Assembly: GCA_000146045.2 (NCBI GenBank)
Contig: BK006946.2
Coordinates: 672,001-736,000, forward strand
From: TPA_inf: Saccharomyces
Taxonomy: Eukaryota
Direction of reading: 5' to 3'
Length of the DNA: 64,000 bases
Shown: piece after piece, positions 1-11,100 of the stretch
Layout: each line of letters opens with the position of its first letter
Position numbering within the stretch: the stretch's first letter is position 1
Notes under the pieces: model-generated
Seen by the model: only the letters and a program-made list of their open reading frames with translations
What the model was told of the DNA's origin: nothing
The model's database searches: none
Program-made: the position numbers and the translations under genes

Positions 1-2766
1 AATGGAGTTGTAAACGACATGTGAACCCTTAACACCAACGACAGCAGCAGTGTCAGAAATGGTCTTGTCATCAGCGTTGAAGTTTTCTTCGGCAGCACGA
101 GCTTCAGCAATGGCAGCTTGGTTGTCTTTGATGAAGCCGACAGCTTTAATGGCCATTCTAGTGGCTCTTGTTCTATCAATTGGAGATGGCAAACCACCTT
201 GTTGTACATGACCTGGATAAGCTGGCTTAGCGTCAAATCTGCCATCGGCTTCAGCAGTAATAACTTCAGCCAATTTAGTGGCTGATAAAGCCTTAGAAGC
301 GTTTGTACTCTTCAAAATCAATTTACCAAATCTACCTCTACCTTCTGCCTTTTCAAAAGATTGAGCTAAGTATTCAATATCCTCGGACAATTGCTCCAAA
401 GAAATACCTTCTTCTGGGACATAAGAGACTTGAGCACCAACAGCCAAAGAAGCGTAAGTGGCCAAATAGCCTGAGTTACCACCTTGACAATCGACAACGA
501 AGGCTCTACCTCTGGTTGAAGAAGCGGATTGTTTAACAACATCACAGTATTCCATTAGAGCATTCAAAGCGGTATCAGAACCCAAAGAGTATTCAGTACC
601 TGGAACATTGTTAGACAAAGTAGCTGGTATCAAGACCATTGGGATTCTGAAAGCTGGATAACTTTCTCTTGCTCTCTCTAATTGATGTAAAGATTCAAAA
701 GCTTCGAAACCACCAACGATGATCAAACCATCAAATTCGTACTTTTGGAAATAGTAAGCAATCATACCTAGATCTGCTTCTTCTGGAGTGACTCTGTTAG
801 TACCGATTTCAGAACCACCACGGGATTGCCAACCCAACATATCCTTCCAGTTCAAAGAACGAACACTTTCATGTCTTGCCAAACCAGACCAACCATTGTA
901 GATAGCGTATGGTCTGTGACCTTGGGACATACAGTAAGTAGCCATCGAGTAGACGGCAGAGTTGATACCACCAGCTGGAGCACCGACATTAACAATGGCA
1001 ATCTTCAGTCTCTTGTCCTTTGGTAGCTTTGGTTCGTTGTGGTCAGCAGAGTTGATAGCCATGAAATTGTTTAAATGTTCAATGAACTCAGTGTCTCTTA
1101 AAGACATAGCTCTCTTGAAATCCTTAGCTTGAATGGCTTCTGCAACTGCTTTGGTCAACTTGACGGATTCCATTAATGGTTTACGAACAATTTTGTTTTC
1201 GTTAACAGCAATCAATGGTGATGGGGTGTCTGGAGTGGATTCCAAAACGGCATTAACGGCCTCAAGACCTTGTAAAGTAGCCAAGATACGGTCGTAAGCA
1301 ACAGCAGTACCACCTCTTTGAACGTGACCTAAGGTAGTAATTCTTGTATCCAAACCTAATCTGTCAACTAGAACTTTGTGGACGTCGCTTGGAGAAATTG
1401 GGGTCAAGTCAGCAGCGATAGCACCTTCTGCAACAACAACAATGGTGGTTCTCTTACCCCTTGATCTGTGCTTGGAGACAATGTCACACATTTGATCTTG
1501 CCATTCGCTGGAAGTGGCTGGCTTCTCTGGAATAAAGATATAGTCAGCGGAAGTGGCGATACCAGCTAATAAAGCTAACCAACCACAGTTTCTACCCATA
1601 ACTTCAACAACGAAAGCTCTTGAGTGAGAGTTGGCAGTGGCTTCAACGTAATCGATGGCCTTACAGATTCTGTCCAAGGCAGAGTAAGCACCAATAGTAG
1701 CATCCGTGGTGGACATATCGTTATCAATAGAACCGACAGTACCGCAAATATTCAAATGCTTCATTCTTTCGTATTGTTCGTTGGAAATTCTGTTTGTTTT
1801 CAACAATTCCTCGATCAAAGAAGGCCATTCTGATCTAAACAGATCAGCACCAGTCAAAGAACCGTCACCACCACAAACGATCAAAGCATCGACACCGGCC
1901 TCAATCAAATGTTGGGCACCCAATAATCTACCTTCGCGCTTCTTGAATTCCATACAACGGGCAGTACCAATGTTGGTACCACCTTCAGCAGACCAACCAC
2001 GGACGTCTTCCCAGTGGAATTCCTTGATGTATTCTGGACCACCACGAACCAAACCTTCATAACCTTCCATGACAACAAAGGCACGACAACCTTTGAAGAT
2101 AGCGGAACGCACGATGGCTCTAACGTTAGAGTTCATACCTGGAGCATCACCACCGGAAGTCATGACGGCAATTGCCTTTTGAGGCCTGTTCAATGGCTTT
2201 GGCAGAGATGGATAGGTGTCGGTGGTTTTCATACGGTAAGCCAAATCAGTGTAAGAGTGAACTTTAGAGGAAAGACCAGACTCAGCAGAAGCTTCTGGTG
2301 CTGGTGGTGGAGTTGGCTTGGTTGAAACTGCGTTCTTAGTAGAAGTAACACCAACAACGTTACCTAATGGGTCCAAAGTGTACAACTGCATTGGAAATAG
2401 TTCTGTTGGGTAGCCTTGAAGAGGAGCGTTCATAGCATTTAGAGTGTCCTTGACTGCCAAGATGTCGGAAGTGTTAAATACCAAGGATTGGGTGGCATGT
2501 GATCTCCAGTCTTGAGTCTTGGTAATACTGTTCAATTCCTTCAAATGAGCCTCAACATTTTTATTGATTTTTTCATCAGGACGTAGAAGGATCTTCAAAG
2601 AGATGGAATCGTTAGACAATAAAGTGGAGTTTTCATCTGGAGAAGAGCGGTTTTCTAATGACAAAAACTTGGTGTAAAAATCTATGGCAGCTTTATAAGA
2701 TTGAACGGAATATGCAGTGACGGTACAATAAGAAGTACCATTCACAAAAGGAGTAGTAACAGTCAT
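1..2766 (-). CDS. PFK2: Phosphofructokinase beta subunit. The N-terminal 922 codons are present and the C-terminus runs off the window start.
   Basis: The minus-strand frame is open from ATG (revcomp of cat at 2764-2766) to the window edge. Translation begins MTVTTPFVNGTSYCTV. It contains the duplicated PFK catalytic halves with GGDGS and MGR motifs. The 6-frame track has no stop because the 3' end lies outside the window. Confidence 0.95.
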   Translation of the reverse strand, partial: MTVTTPFVNGTSYCTVTAYSVQSYKAAIDFYTKFLSLENRSSPDENSTLLSNDSISLKILLRPDEKINKNVEAHLKELNSITKTQDWRSHATQSLVFNTSDILAVKDTLNAMNAPLQGYPTELFPMQLYTLDPLGNVVGVTSTKNAVSTKPTPPPAPEASAESGLSSKVHSYTDLAYRMKTTDTYPSLPKPLNRPQKAIAVMTSGGDAPGMNSNVRAIVRSAIFKGCRAFVVMEGYEGLVRGGPEYIKEFHWEDVRGWSAEGGTNIGTARCMEFKKREGRLLGAQHLIEAGVDALIVCGGDGSLTGADLFRSEWPSLIEELLKTNRISNEQYERMKHLNICGTVGSIDNDMSTTDATIGAYSALDRICKAIDYVEATANSHSRAFVVEVMGRNCGWLALLAGIATSADYIFIPEKPATSSEWQDQMCDIVSKHRSRGKRTTIVVVAEGAIAADLTPISPSDVHKVLVDRLGLDTRITTLGHVQRGGTAVAYDRILATLQGLEAVNAVLESTPDTPSPLIAVNENKIVRKPLMESVKLTKAVAEAIQAKDFKRAMSLRDTEFIEHLNNFMAINSADHNEPKLPKDKRLKIAIVNVGAPAGGINSAVYSMATYCMSQGHRPYAIYNGWSGLARHESVRSLNWKDMLGWQSRGGSEIGTNRVTPEEADLGMIAYYFQKYEFDGLIIVGGFEAFESLHQLERARESYPAFRIPMVLIPATLSNNVPGTEYSLGSDTALNALMEYCDVVKQSASSTRGRAFVVDCQGGNSGYLATYASLAVGAQVSYVPEEGISLEQLSEDIEYLAQSFEKAEGRGRFGKLILKSTNASKALSATKLAEVITAEADGRFDAKPAYPGHVQQGGLPSPIDRTRATRMAIKAVGFIKDNQAAIAEARAAEENFNADDKTISDTAAVVGVKGSHVVYNSI

Positions 2767-2862
2767 TGCGTATGGTTAGTTCTTGGCCAATGCTAAACTA
2801 GTCTCTAAATCTAGTTCTATTGTTCAAATGAGGTATAAGAAAGGCTTTTAAGCAAGAAGAAG

Positions 2863-2880
2863 GAAAAAAAAAAAAAAAAA
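2863..2880. repeat. Uninterrupted poly(dA:dT) tract of about 18 bp, 100 bp upstream of PFK2
   Basis: An A run is visible in the sequence. Such tracts exclude nucleosomes in yeast promoters. A GGAAG (Gcr1 CT-box on the PFK2 strand) is nearby at 2927-2931. Confidence 0.6.
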
Positions 2881-3402
2881 GGAATTTTCTTCTTTATGAA
2901 ACCGAAGATAAGAAGCTTTTAATCAAGGAAGTAATAAATAAAGGACAAAAAGAAGAAAAAAATATTATTGTTTTATAAAATGCAAGTAGGAAAAATAAGA
3001 ATGAGAGCGGATAAAAAAAAGGCAGGAAAAAAAACAACAACATGAAGCGAGAGACTTCATTGCGATGTAATAAATGAATGGTAGATAAAGACCGGATGGA
3101 AAAAAAGGCCGATTTAACATGGCAAACAAAAGATTACATACGTACTGATCAAATTGATCAATTCAATATCTCTGTTTTCGTTTTTAACATTCAACTACCG
3201 TCATAGCGTTATACGTAGGAAAAAAAAACCGCAATCACGTAACCGTGGCTTCCACTAATCGGCTCTTGTGCCGTCAGATTCCGGATGTACGGGTGGACGC
3301 CATTTGGAACGAAAAAAAGAAATTGAAAAAAGTGGAAGCTAGAAATCACTGTCTTACCCTGGACGGTATCGTATATAATGACTCCGGTTTTTTTTTCTCT
3401 AC

Positions 3403-3508
3403 CCCCTTGCCTCTTACCCCGGATTTTACCCAACTTTATCTTAATCTTCGTTTTCCTTTTAGCGTGGAGATGGTAAACGCTAGCGGTAACGTTAACGTTG
3501 CAAAGGGG
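3403..3508. promoter_or_regulatory. Two STRE cores (CCCCT at 3403-3407, AGGGG at 3504-3508) in the PFK2/YMR206W intergenic region
   Basis: Both pentamer matches to the Msn2/4 stress element lie 390–490 bp upstream of YMR206W. Confidence 0.3.
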
Positions 3509-3832
3509 GTATGCGGGACTGGCTGAAACGGGCGATGATACGATGCAACAAAGCAGCAGAGAATGGCTATGAATAGTCTTTACACCCACAGTTTTTCGTG
3601 TGGCAGTTACTATATATTAGTAGGATATTCGATCTATATAGATGGTAGTACTTACAATGCTGTTCTTGGGTTTTTGCGGATCTTCTTTCTTTTTTGTAGT
3701 TTTATTTTATGTCTTACTTCTTATTTCCTTCTTACTTCCTCATTGGTTAAGGCTCACGTTGATTGCAATAACAAAGAAGTATATACTGTAGCATAGCTCT
3801 TCATATCATTTTTGCCGTGCATTCGAAGACTA

Positions 3833-3848
3833 TATATATATATGCATA
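3833..3848 (+). promoter_or_regulatory. TATA-like alternating TA tract roughly 50–60 bp upstream of the YMR206W ATG
   Basis: The sequence is tatatatatatatgca, immediately 5' of the ORF start. Confidence 0.45.
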
Positions 3849-3895
3849 TTGTCTGACCTTTCGCCTTAAAGTAAAGAAGACAACAGAATATAACC

Positions 3896-4837
3896 ATGCT
3901 GAGTAGCAGTAGCAATAGACCCATATCTGCCCATCTAACCATCCATTACAAGGCTATTCAGGAGGAAGAGGGGGAGGATATGAGAAGCGGTGCCGGAAGT
4001 GGTGGCCATCATGACGACTATTTTCTGGAGAGTAACAGATCTCCCACTCCTAATAAGAAACATGAGTTCATTAAAACGGTGCTCAATATCAACGATAACG
4101 ACTCTGAATTTTCGGAATCGTGCTCACCAAGAGAGAAGTTACATAACGAGGGGGCTTGTAATACAGACCTGTTCGGGGACTTCATGTCTAAAAGACAACA
4201 GAGGCTGTCTAATTCTATGAACATTTACGACCTTTATCAGTGTGTACATAACCTGTCGCCTAGCAACAACAACCATCAGTTCATAGCAAGAAGGTTCAGC
4301 GATTCTCATATTCCCTCCTTGCATCACCGCCAGCAGCAACAGAAGGTAACAACAAAAAACTTTGTACAGCCCACGAAGGACATTCAAAGGATCGCCTCGT
4401 ACGCTGCGGATTCAGACCAGAGAGTCAAGTATTTACCAAACTATCATCAGTCTGCTCCTTCTACTGCACTGTCTGCGGCTGAATCGAAAGCGGCTGTACC
4501 AAGAAAGCTCCCTGACAGAGACAGTACACAAAATTACGTACTAAAATTGCAACTCTCGTCACCCAACTCTCAACCAATGTCACCAAGGACTCGCCCGGGC
4601 TACCGCCCCTCTTGCTCTTCTTCCAATTGCTCGTCATCTTCCTCATCATCAGCATGTTCATCCGTTTCCATCTCAGATCCGAACAACATAACAGCATACG
4701 AAACGAATAATGTCAACCCTCAGTTCCCCAGTAACCAGCCATTAGATATTTCTAGTCCTTGTGCAAGGCATCACCATAGAAGAAATTCTATTGCTGTAAA
4801 ATTTGACAAGGCTTTATATAAGAAAACAACAGGATAG
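3896..4837 (+). CDS. YMR206W: Uncharacterised Ser/Asn-rich protein, 313 aa. I recall it as the ohnolog of YNR014W.
   Basis: 313-aa ORF starting at a true ATG at 3896. An alternating TA tract at 3833-3848 sits about 50 bp upstream. The protein is low-complexity with a C-terminal Ser/Cys-rich run. Confidence 0.85.
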   Translation: MLSSSSNRPISAHLTIHYKAIQEEEGEDMRSGAGSGGHHDDYFLESNRSPTPNKKHEFIKTVLNINDNDSEFSESCSPREKLHNEGACNTDLFGDFMSKRQQRLSNSMNIYDLYQCVHNLSPSNNNHQFIARRFSDSHIPSLHHRQQQQKVTTKNFVQPTKDIQRIASYAADSDQRVKYLPNYHQSAPSTALSAAESKAAVPRKLPDRDSTQNYVLKLQLSSPNSQPMSPRTRPGYRPSCSSSNCSSSSSSSACSSVSISDPNNITAYETNNVNPQFPSNQPLDISSPCARHHHRRNSIAVKFDKALYKKTTG

Positions 4838-5192
4838 TTGATTAGAAGACTATAGCTAAATAATCATTTCATTGGGAAATGACTATCACGATTTAACGAA
4901 TACCCCCTTTTCTCTTTCTTGCCATTTAATGGTCGTCGCTCTGATATTTGCACACATACGCTCACGTACATAGGTACACGCAGATGGGACAGGCGCATAA
5001 GTACGCGCTAATACATGTATTGATATAAGTTATGTTTTTATTTATCAAAATGATATTGTTGCATTTTTTTTTTTAAATCTCACGTTATTTTTCATTTATA
5101 TACATACACTTAAGAGAATGTCAGATTTTCTCTTTTCGGCCACCATTATGGTATCTAAGCGGCTATTTAACTTACTTGTTCCTATACCGAAA

Positions 5193-8100
5193 CTATCTCT
5201 TTCGCTTACTGTCCACCAACCTAGTTAGCTCTTCAAGGACAATGTTTCCCCTTCTGTCTTCAAATTTTTTCTTAAGCTCATCGATCAACAGCGAGATCTC
5301 AAACTCTTCAATGTTCTTGTCAATTTTTTTCGAATTTCTTTCTATGAACTCCACTACTGCTCTGTCATCATTAACATCCAGATCGTTATACCATGACTGA
5401 ACTATTTTCAACAGGTCGTCGTACTTCATTTTCGTTTTGTTATCACATGTTTTTTTTTGCAGTCTTTTGATCACTTGTCCCTCGTTCAACCTCCTTCTCA
5501 GTCTCCAATATAAAAATCTGCGTGACTTTTTCCATTCCAACTCATTTCGGATTACTCCTTTAACTAGCATCCTAGTCGATCTATCATGTAAATCTGCAAA
5601 CTGTATGCTGATTTGATTGTAAATTGGTATCAACTGTCTCTCTCTTATTTTCAATCTCTTCGTAAGATCATTTTGTTTTTCCAAAGATAACTTTTTTTCT
5701 GTCAACGTTCTTCTCAAATGTCCATATGTGGAGTCTAATCGAATCATCGTCTCTATCATTTTCTCCTTACGGTATTTTATGCTAACTACTCCGTCAGGTT
5801 CTAACACACCTCCCCTAGATTCAACATCGGCATACATTTCCATTTGTTCAGGATTAATAGTTGGATCTATAACAACCCATGATCCGCCCCTTAATTCACC
5901 AAAGGGCGGAATGTATATCAGTATGGGTTGTTTGTAGTCAACCAGAGCGTCAACAATAAAAGACCCGTACTTTAGTACTTCATTGTACATATCCCTTTGA
6001 CCGCCAGAAAATCCCCTCCAATTGGCTAAGATAATCAATGGTAATTGCTCACCATAGTTAAAATCATTTATAGTTTGAGCTGTTTTGAACGCGGAATTTG
6101 GATACCACACCTGTCCTGCTTCTTTAACGGAAAACTCTGAAGAATCCAGATTAGCTGGGTCAGCGGGGATTATTTCTTCGATAGTCTTAGTTTCTACCGC
6201 AATAACACCCACGGGAATACCTCCAAGACGTGCTCTTCCAACTATTACACCTTTGGCCCATCCAGATAATGTCTCAAAAAACGAATCCTTATCAAATAGG
6301 CCTGACTGGAAGTTGTTATTTGAGTCCCATTTACCCTCTATCAACCACCTTGCCTCATATGGCACTTGCTTGGCAGGTTTGAAGTCTACATCCCTATCCC
6401 ATCTATCCATAGTTTCAAGAAGTGGAGGACTCATATCTCTTTTCGCCGGGACATATGATAACCATGTCATTATTTTTTCGATGGCTTTCATATCATTACT
6501 GGCTGTTAAATGCGCTATTCCGTTTTTATACATGATTTGGGTTCCGCCAATTTGTAGGTTAGATGTATAGATATCGGTACCCAAAACTTTATTAATCGCC
6601 GATGCACCCGTCAGTATGATAGGCTTATCCTCCACCTGAATAGTACGTTGTCCTAGTCTGACCAGATAGGAACCTATACCAACGGACCGACAAGTAACAG
6701 CAGTAATAGTGAAAATGTCTCTATACGCTTTCGAAGTGGCACCAGCAATTAAACCCGAGCCCTGTAAACATTCAACACCTAAACCCTCTTCGAATCCGAC
6801 TATTGCTTTAATAATATATCTCTCTTCACCGTATACCATCTTGTGTTCAACAACAACCGAATTTCCTTTCCCAGAATCTTTCAGTAGCTGCATGTCTTTT
6901 GGAGCTAAGTATAAGTACTGGAAACCCTTTGTTGGATCAGAGGGGTCATTCCATGCTACACGAAATAGAGGGATCAGCTCTTCGGCTATACCCAATTTAG
7001 CTCCTGAATTCGCCGCCAAGTATATCCTCGGGATCCCTCTCTCTCTTGCATAATTTGTGACCCTATCAAAAAACAAATCTTCTCTCGGTCCAAAAGATCC
7101 AATATTGTAGGTAATATCATTAGAAATCACGATCATGTTACGCCCTTCAGGATATTCAGGTGTCTGAACCATAATCTCAAAAGCAACCATCCCTATATTA
7201 TTAAGGCCTGGCTCCCTGTTTACTTTTATTAAATTACCGTTTTGTTCTATCAATTCAACCCAACTAAAAAAACTGTCATTCAGCTTATGTTTTGGAAAAT
7301 ACCTTTTCCACTGTTGGATTGCAGCTTGATGAAACAGACCTGGGAAATCGTACACATATGTTGTACCCATGAATTGAGCTTTGTACCTTTTAGGTTGTAG
7401 CCAATCCTTGACCGAGTAAGGAAGAGAGAGAGATTTCTGGCTATAATGGCTCTGCTCACTACACGGTTCCAAAATCAGATTCCCATTTTTCCCTATCTTT
7501 TCGTAATATGTCTCAATTTTTACCACATACCCAGATTTATTAGAAATAAGTAATCTAAGCGGGGCTGGCTTCTTTGTTTCTAGGCACTCAACAGAGATGC
7601 AAATTTCTACATCTGTGATTCTTTCTTGAAACAATCTGGTTTCGTGAGTCTTTAGAATTGTACTCACAATTTCCTCGAGACGATGTACTGGTATGTTAAG
7701 AACTGTATTGAAACTTAAAAAAATATGATTCAAGTCTGAATTTGAGATGTCAACTGCTCCTAGATGTTCTAACATATAAACCACTTGAGCATTGATTTCC
7801 GCTTTCAAGTTTTCTTCGGTTGTTTTTTGATCATTATACATGAAGGAATTTATGATTTTCCTGACAAAGAACCTTTTATCTAGCGGCGTAAATTTGCTAA
7901 TACCTTCAAAAATGCGTATACTACTATCGTATGTAGGTAGTGATCTGATTTTATAGTTCGACATTTTTCCTAACTCTAACGGTGCTTCATAGGATGGATC
8001 CATATTTCTTATTTGAGAGATTTCATCGTACGTAGTTCCATCAAAGGAGTAAAATTTAACAGCGGGCGCATTCGCGGCGATAAATGCAAATGTAATACGA

Positions 8101-11100
8101 TTAACCTTGAGCTTGGATAGACCTCTCTCATTTTCATGAAGTTTAATTTTTAAAGTTTTAATTAGATCATTTTCACTTCTGTAACGAATAGGAGATAAAA
8201 TATTAACAATAAGAGAGTTCTCTCCGCTGGAAAGTCTTTCCTCAGGAATATGAATTTGTTCGTATACCTCGTCTAATGTCTTTTCCAGAGATTCAAGCGC
8301 ACGCATGTTGACAAGAAGACCAAAACTATTTGCTGAGCTCTTACCTGATGTTGAGGGAGGTTTAGAAAGTTTTGTAAACTCATCACTCTCACCATCAGAA
8401 TTGACTAAATAATTTCTTAATGAGCTGAATTGCCATGACATTAGTAAATCAGGCGCTCCTTTATGAATCTTAATACTTTTTAATTGATAATTGCCGTAGG
8501 CATACCTTGCATAAATTTCAGATGCTATACTGGAAAGAGCCGTATCTTGATGGCCAAAAAAAAAGAACAAATCCTGAAGTTGTATCAGATTTGAATGTAT
8601 TAAATTACCAAAATCCCTCATACAGGAATATATGTTCCTGCTGTGAATGTTTTCGGCACCAGTATCCTTTATGTGCAATTGCAGGAGAGTTTTAATATGC
8701 TCTTTTCTTTTCTTTATGGGAGGGAAAATCCCTCTGAGTAGCACTGATCTTGCCTTTACAGCAACCTCTTTAGCCCACTTAGATTCCAAACTTGCCAAAT
8801 CATGTATAACAGCCCTGAATTTTAAAGACATCTTAGAGGAATCCTGGCACAATGGCTCGTATTCATGCAATATTGCAGTTACTAACTTGTTCTTTGCGAC
8901 TACGTTAGCATGCGATAAACTTATGCACAAAATTTTTTTCAAGTTTGTAAGGTCTTTCCTCCGCAGATTTAGTAAGTTTCTTTCTTCATGTATATCATGA
9001 TTTTCAAAAATTTTCTCAACAGCATAGTACTTTTTAATCAACTTTAAAAAAATTTCACATTCGTGATTAGCTAAACCTTCGCTATACCTTTCACTAATTT
9101 TAAGAAGTGGCTGTAAGGCAACATAAACTACATGATCATTTGTATTTTCTTCCAAGTAGCGCTTCATTAATTTGTGCAGTTCCTTTGCAGGAAAAGAAAC
9201 AGATTTCTTGACTAGATTTCCCAGCCCCTCATTCAATTGCCTTGGTAGTCTATTGCGTACCGTAGAAATTTGGGAATCCCATTCTGAATAAGGAAGCCTA
9301 CCATCTCTCAATATTTTTATCAACTCTTTTAGAGTAGTTTCTATTCCAGAGTTTTCATGATATCCATTGAGAATATTTTCTAACCTATTTATTAAGACTC
9401 TGAGCTTATGGTTTGGTCGGCTACCCTCTATTAGCGGTGGACCTAAAACAGGTAATTCTCCGCGGTATAAAGACGATTCGTTAGCTTTGGACGGCGAATC
9501 CAAAGTCAATTTTGCGATGACATCACCAGCCTCAATTATGGAACCGGGCTGTCTTAGTAACTCAATTACACCATCACTTTTCGCTACTAGTGGCATCTGC
9601 ATTTTCATTATTTCTATTTCTGCATATTGCTGTCCAGCAAAAACGTGATCACCACTTCGGACCAAATATTTCACCAATTTCCCCGGAGTTGGAGAGATCA
9701 CTTGAGTGGGATTGAGTTCAGCTTCTAAAAATATGGTATTGGAGTCTATCGAAAGTCTTGTACCTCTGATATCGTCCTTCCAATAAACTGTATGGCATTT
9801 ACCGTCAACGGAGATCAACAAGCAGTCACTGGACAATTTTTGAACATTAACTTCACATTGAGACTTATTGATAGAAAGAATAAATTGTTCTTCAGATGAT
9901 TGAGCAACATTGAACAAGTATCTATTATTATCGAAAATGAAGTCAACAGGAAACTTCGTTTTAAGAAAATCTTTAGGTGGAACTTGGCCCCTCCGCAATA
10001 ATTCCAAATACTTATTCCTCACCTTTTCTGTGAAAACGTATGCTTTCATTGCGGCACCACAGATAATAGCGAGCGTTGGATCTAGTTTGCTATCGGAAGA
10101 TAAATTTTTCAAAATCAAATCATCTAACCAACCAGTCGATATGTTATTACTCTCAAAGTCCCGAGTTTCTAATAGCTCTATCAGGTACTCTATGGGGGTT
10201 TTGAATTCTCCTCGGATGGAAAAATCTTTTAGAGCTAAAACCATGTTTTGCTTTGCATCTTGCCTATCGTTTCCTACAGCAAAAATGTGCCCAAATTGGG
10301 AATCTGAAAATGAGTGAATAGCACCATTATTTCCTACTGAGAAGTAACCCCAAACATTGGAAGAAGAACGAAAATTGAGCTCATGTATTTTCCCAGTGGA
10401 GGGCTTGAAACCTTCATTAGGATCTTCTGAAGTGATCCTGCATGAAATACAATGGCCTTTTGGCGAGGGTCTCTTTAAATTTTTAAAATCAATATACGAA
10501 GTTCCCGTTGGATCTAAACCATAAAGTTTTCTGATATCACTTATCATGTGCATAGGAATGCCCATGGCGATTTGCAGTTGAGTGGCAGGAAGGTTTACGC
10601 CAGATATCATTTCTGTCGTTGGATGCTCTACTTGTAGTCTCGGATTCAGTTCTAAAAAGTAAAATTTATCATCTTTTGGTGAATATAAGTATTCGACAGT
10701 GCCCGCAGAAACATAACCTACCAATTCACCTAGACGAATTGCTGCGCGTTCCATCCTTTGAAACGTTTCAGGCTTGGTTATTGTCACTGGTGCCTCTTCT
10801 ATAATCTTTTGGTGCCGCCTTTGTATGGAACAGTCTCTCCCAAACAATGTAATGTTAGTGCCATATTGGTCAGCTAATAACTGTACCTCTAAGTGACGAG
10901 CATCAGTGACAACTTTCATAACAAACATAGGCGACCCAGGTGTCTCATTCACTGCTTGGCGATATAATGCAATAAAATCATCCTCATTATCTACTCGCCT
11001 AATGCCCTTACCTCCACCACCTTCGGATGCCTTAATCATTACAGGAAATCCTATTAATTTAGCCTTTTCTAAAGCATCTTCAGGTGAGGAACAACATCCC

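Noticed and set aside
3209-3589. 126-aa minus-strand ORF, and overlapping 93-aa plus-strand ORF, in the PFK2/YMR206W intergenic region
   Set aside because: The two overlap each other on opposite strands inside a promoter region rich in A/T tracts and STRE-like motifs. There is no domain and the composition is biased. I do not recall an annotated gene here.
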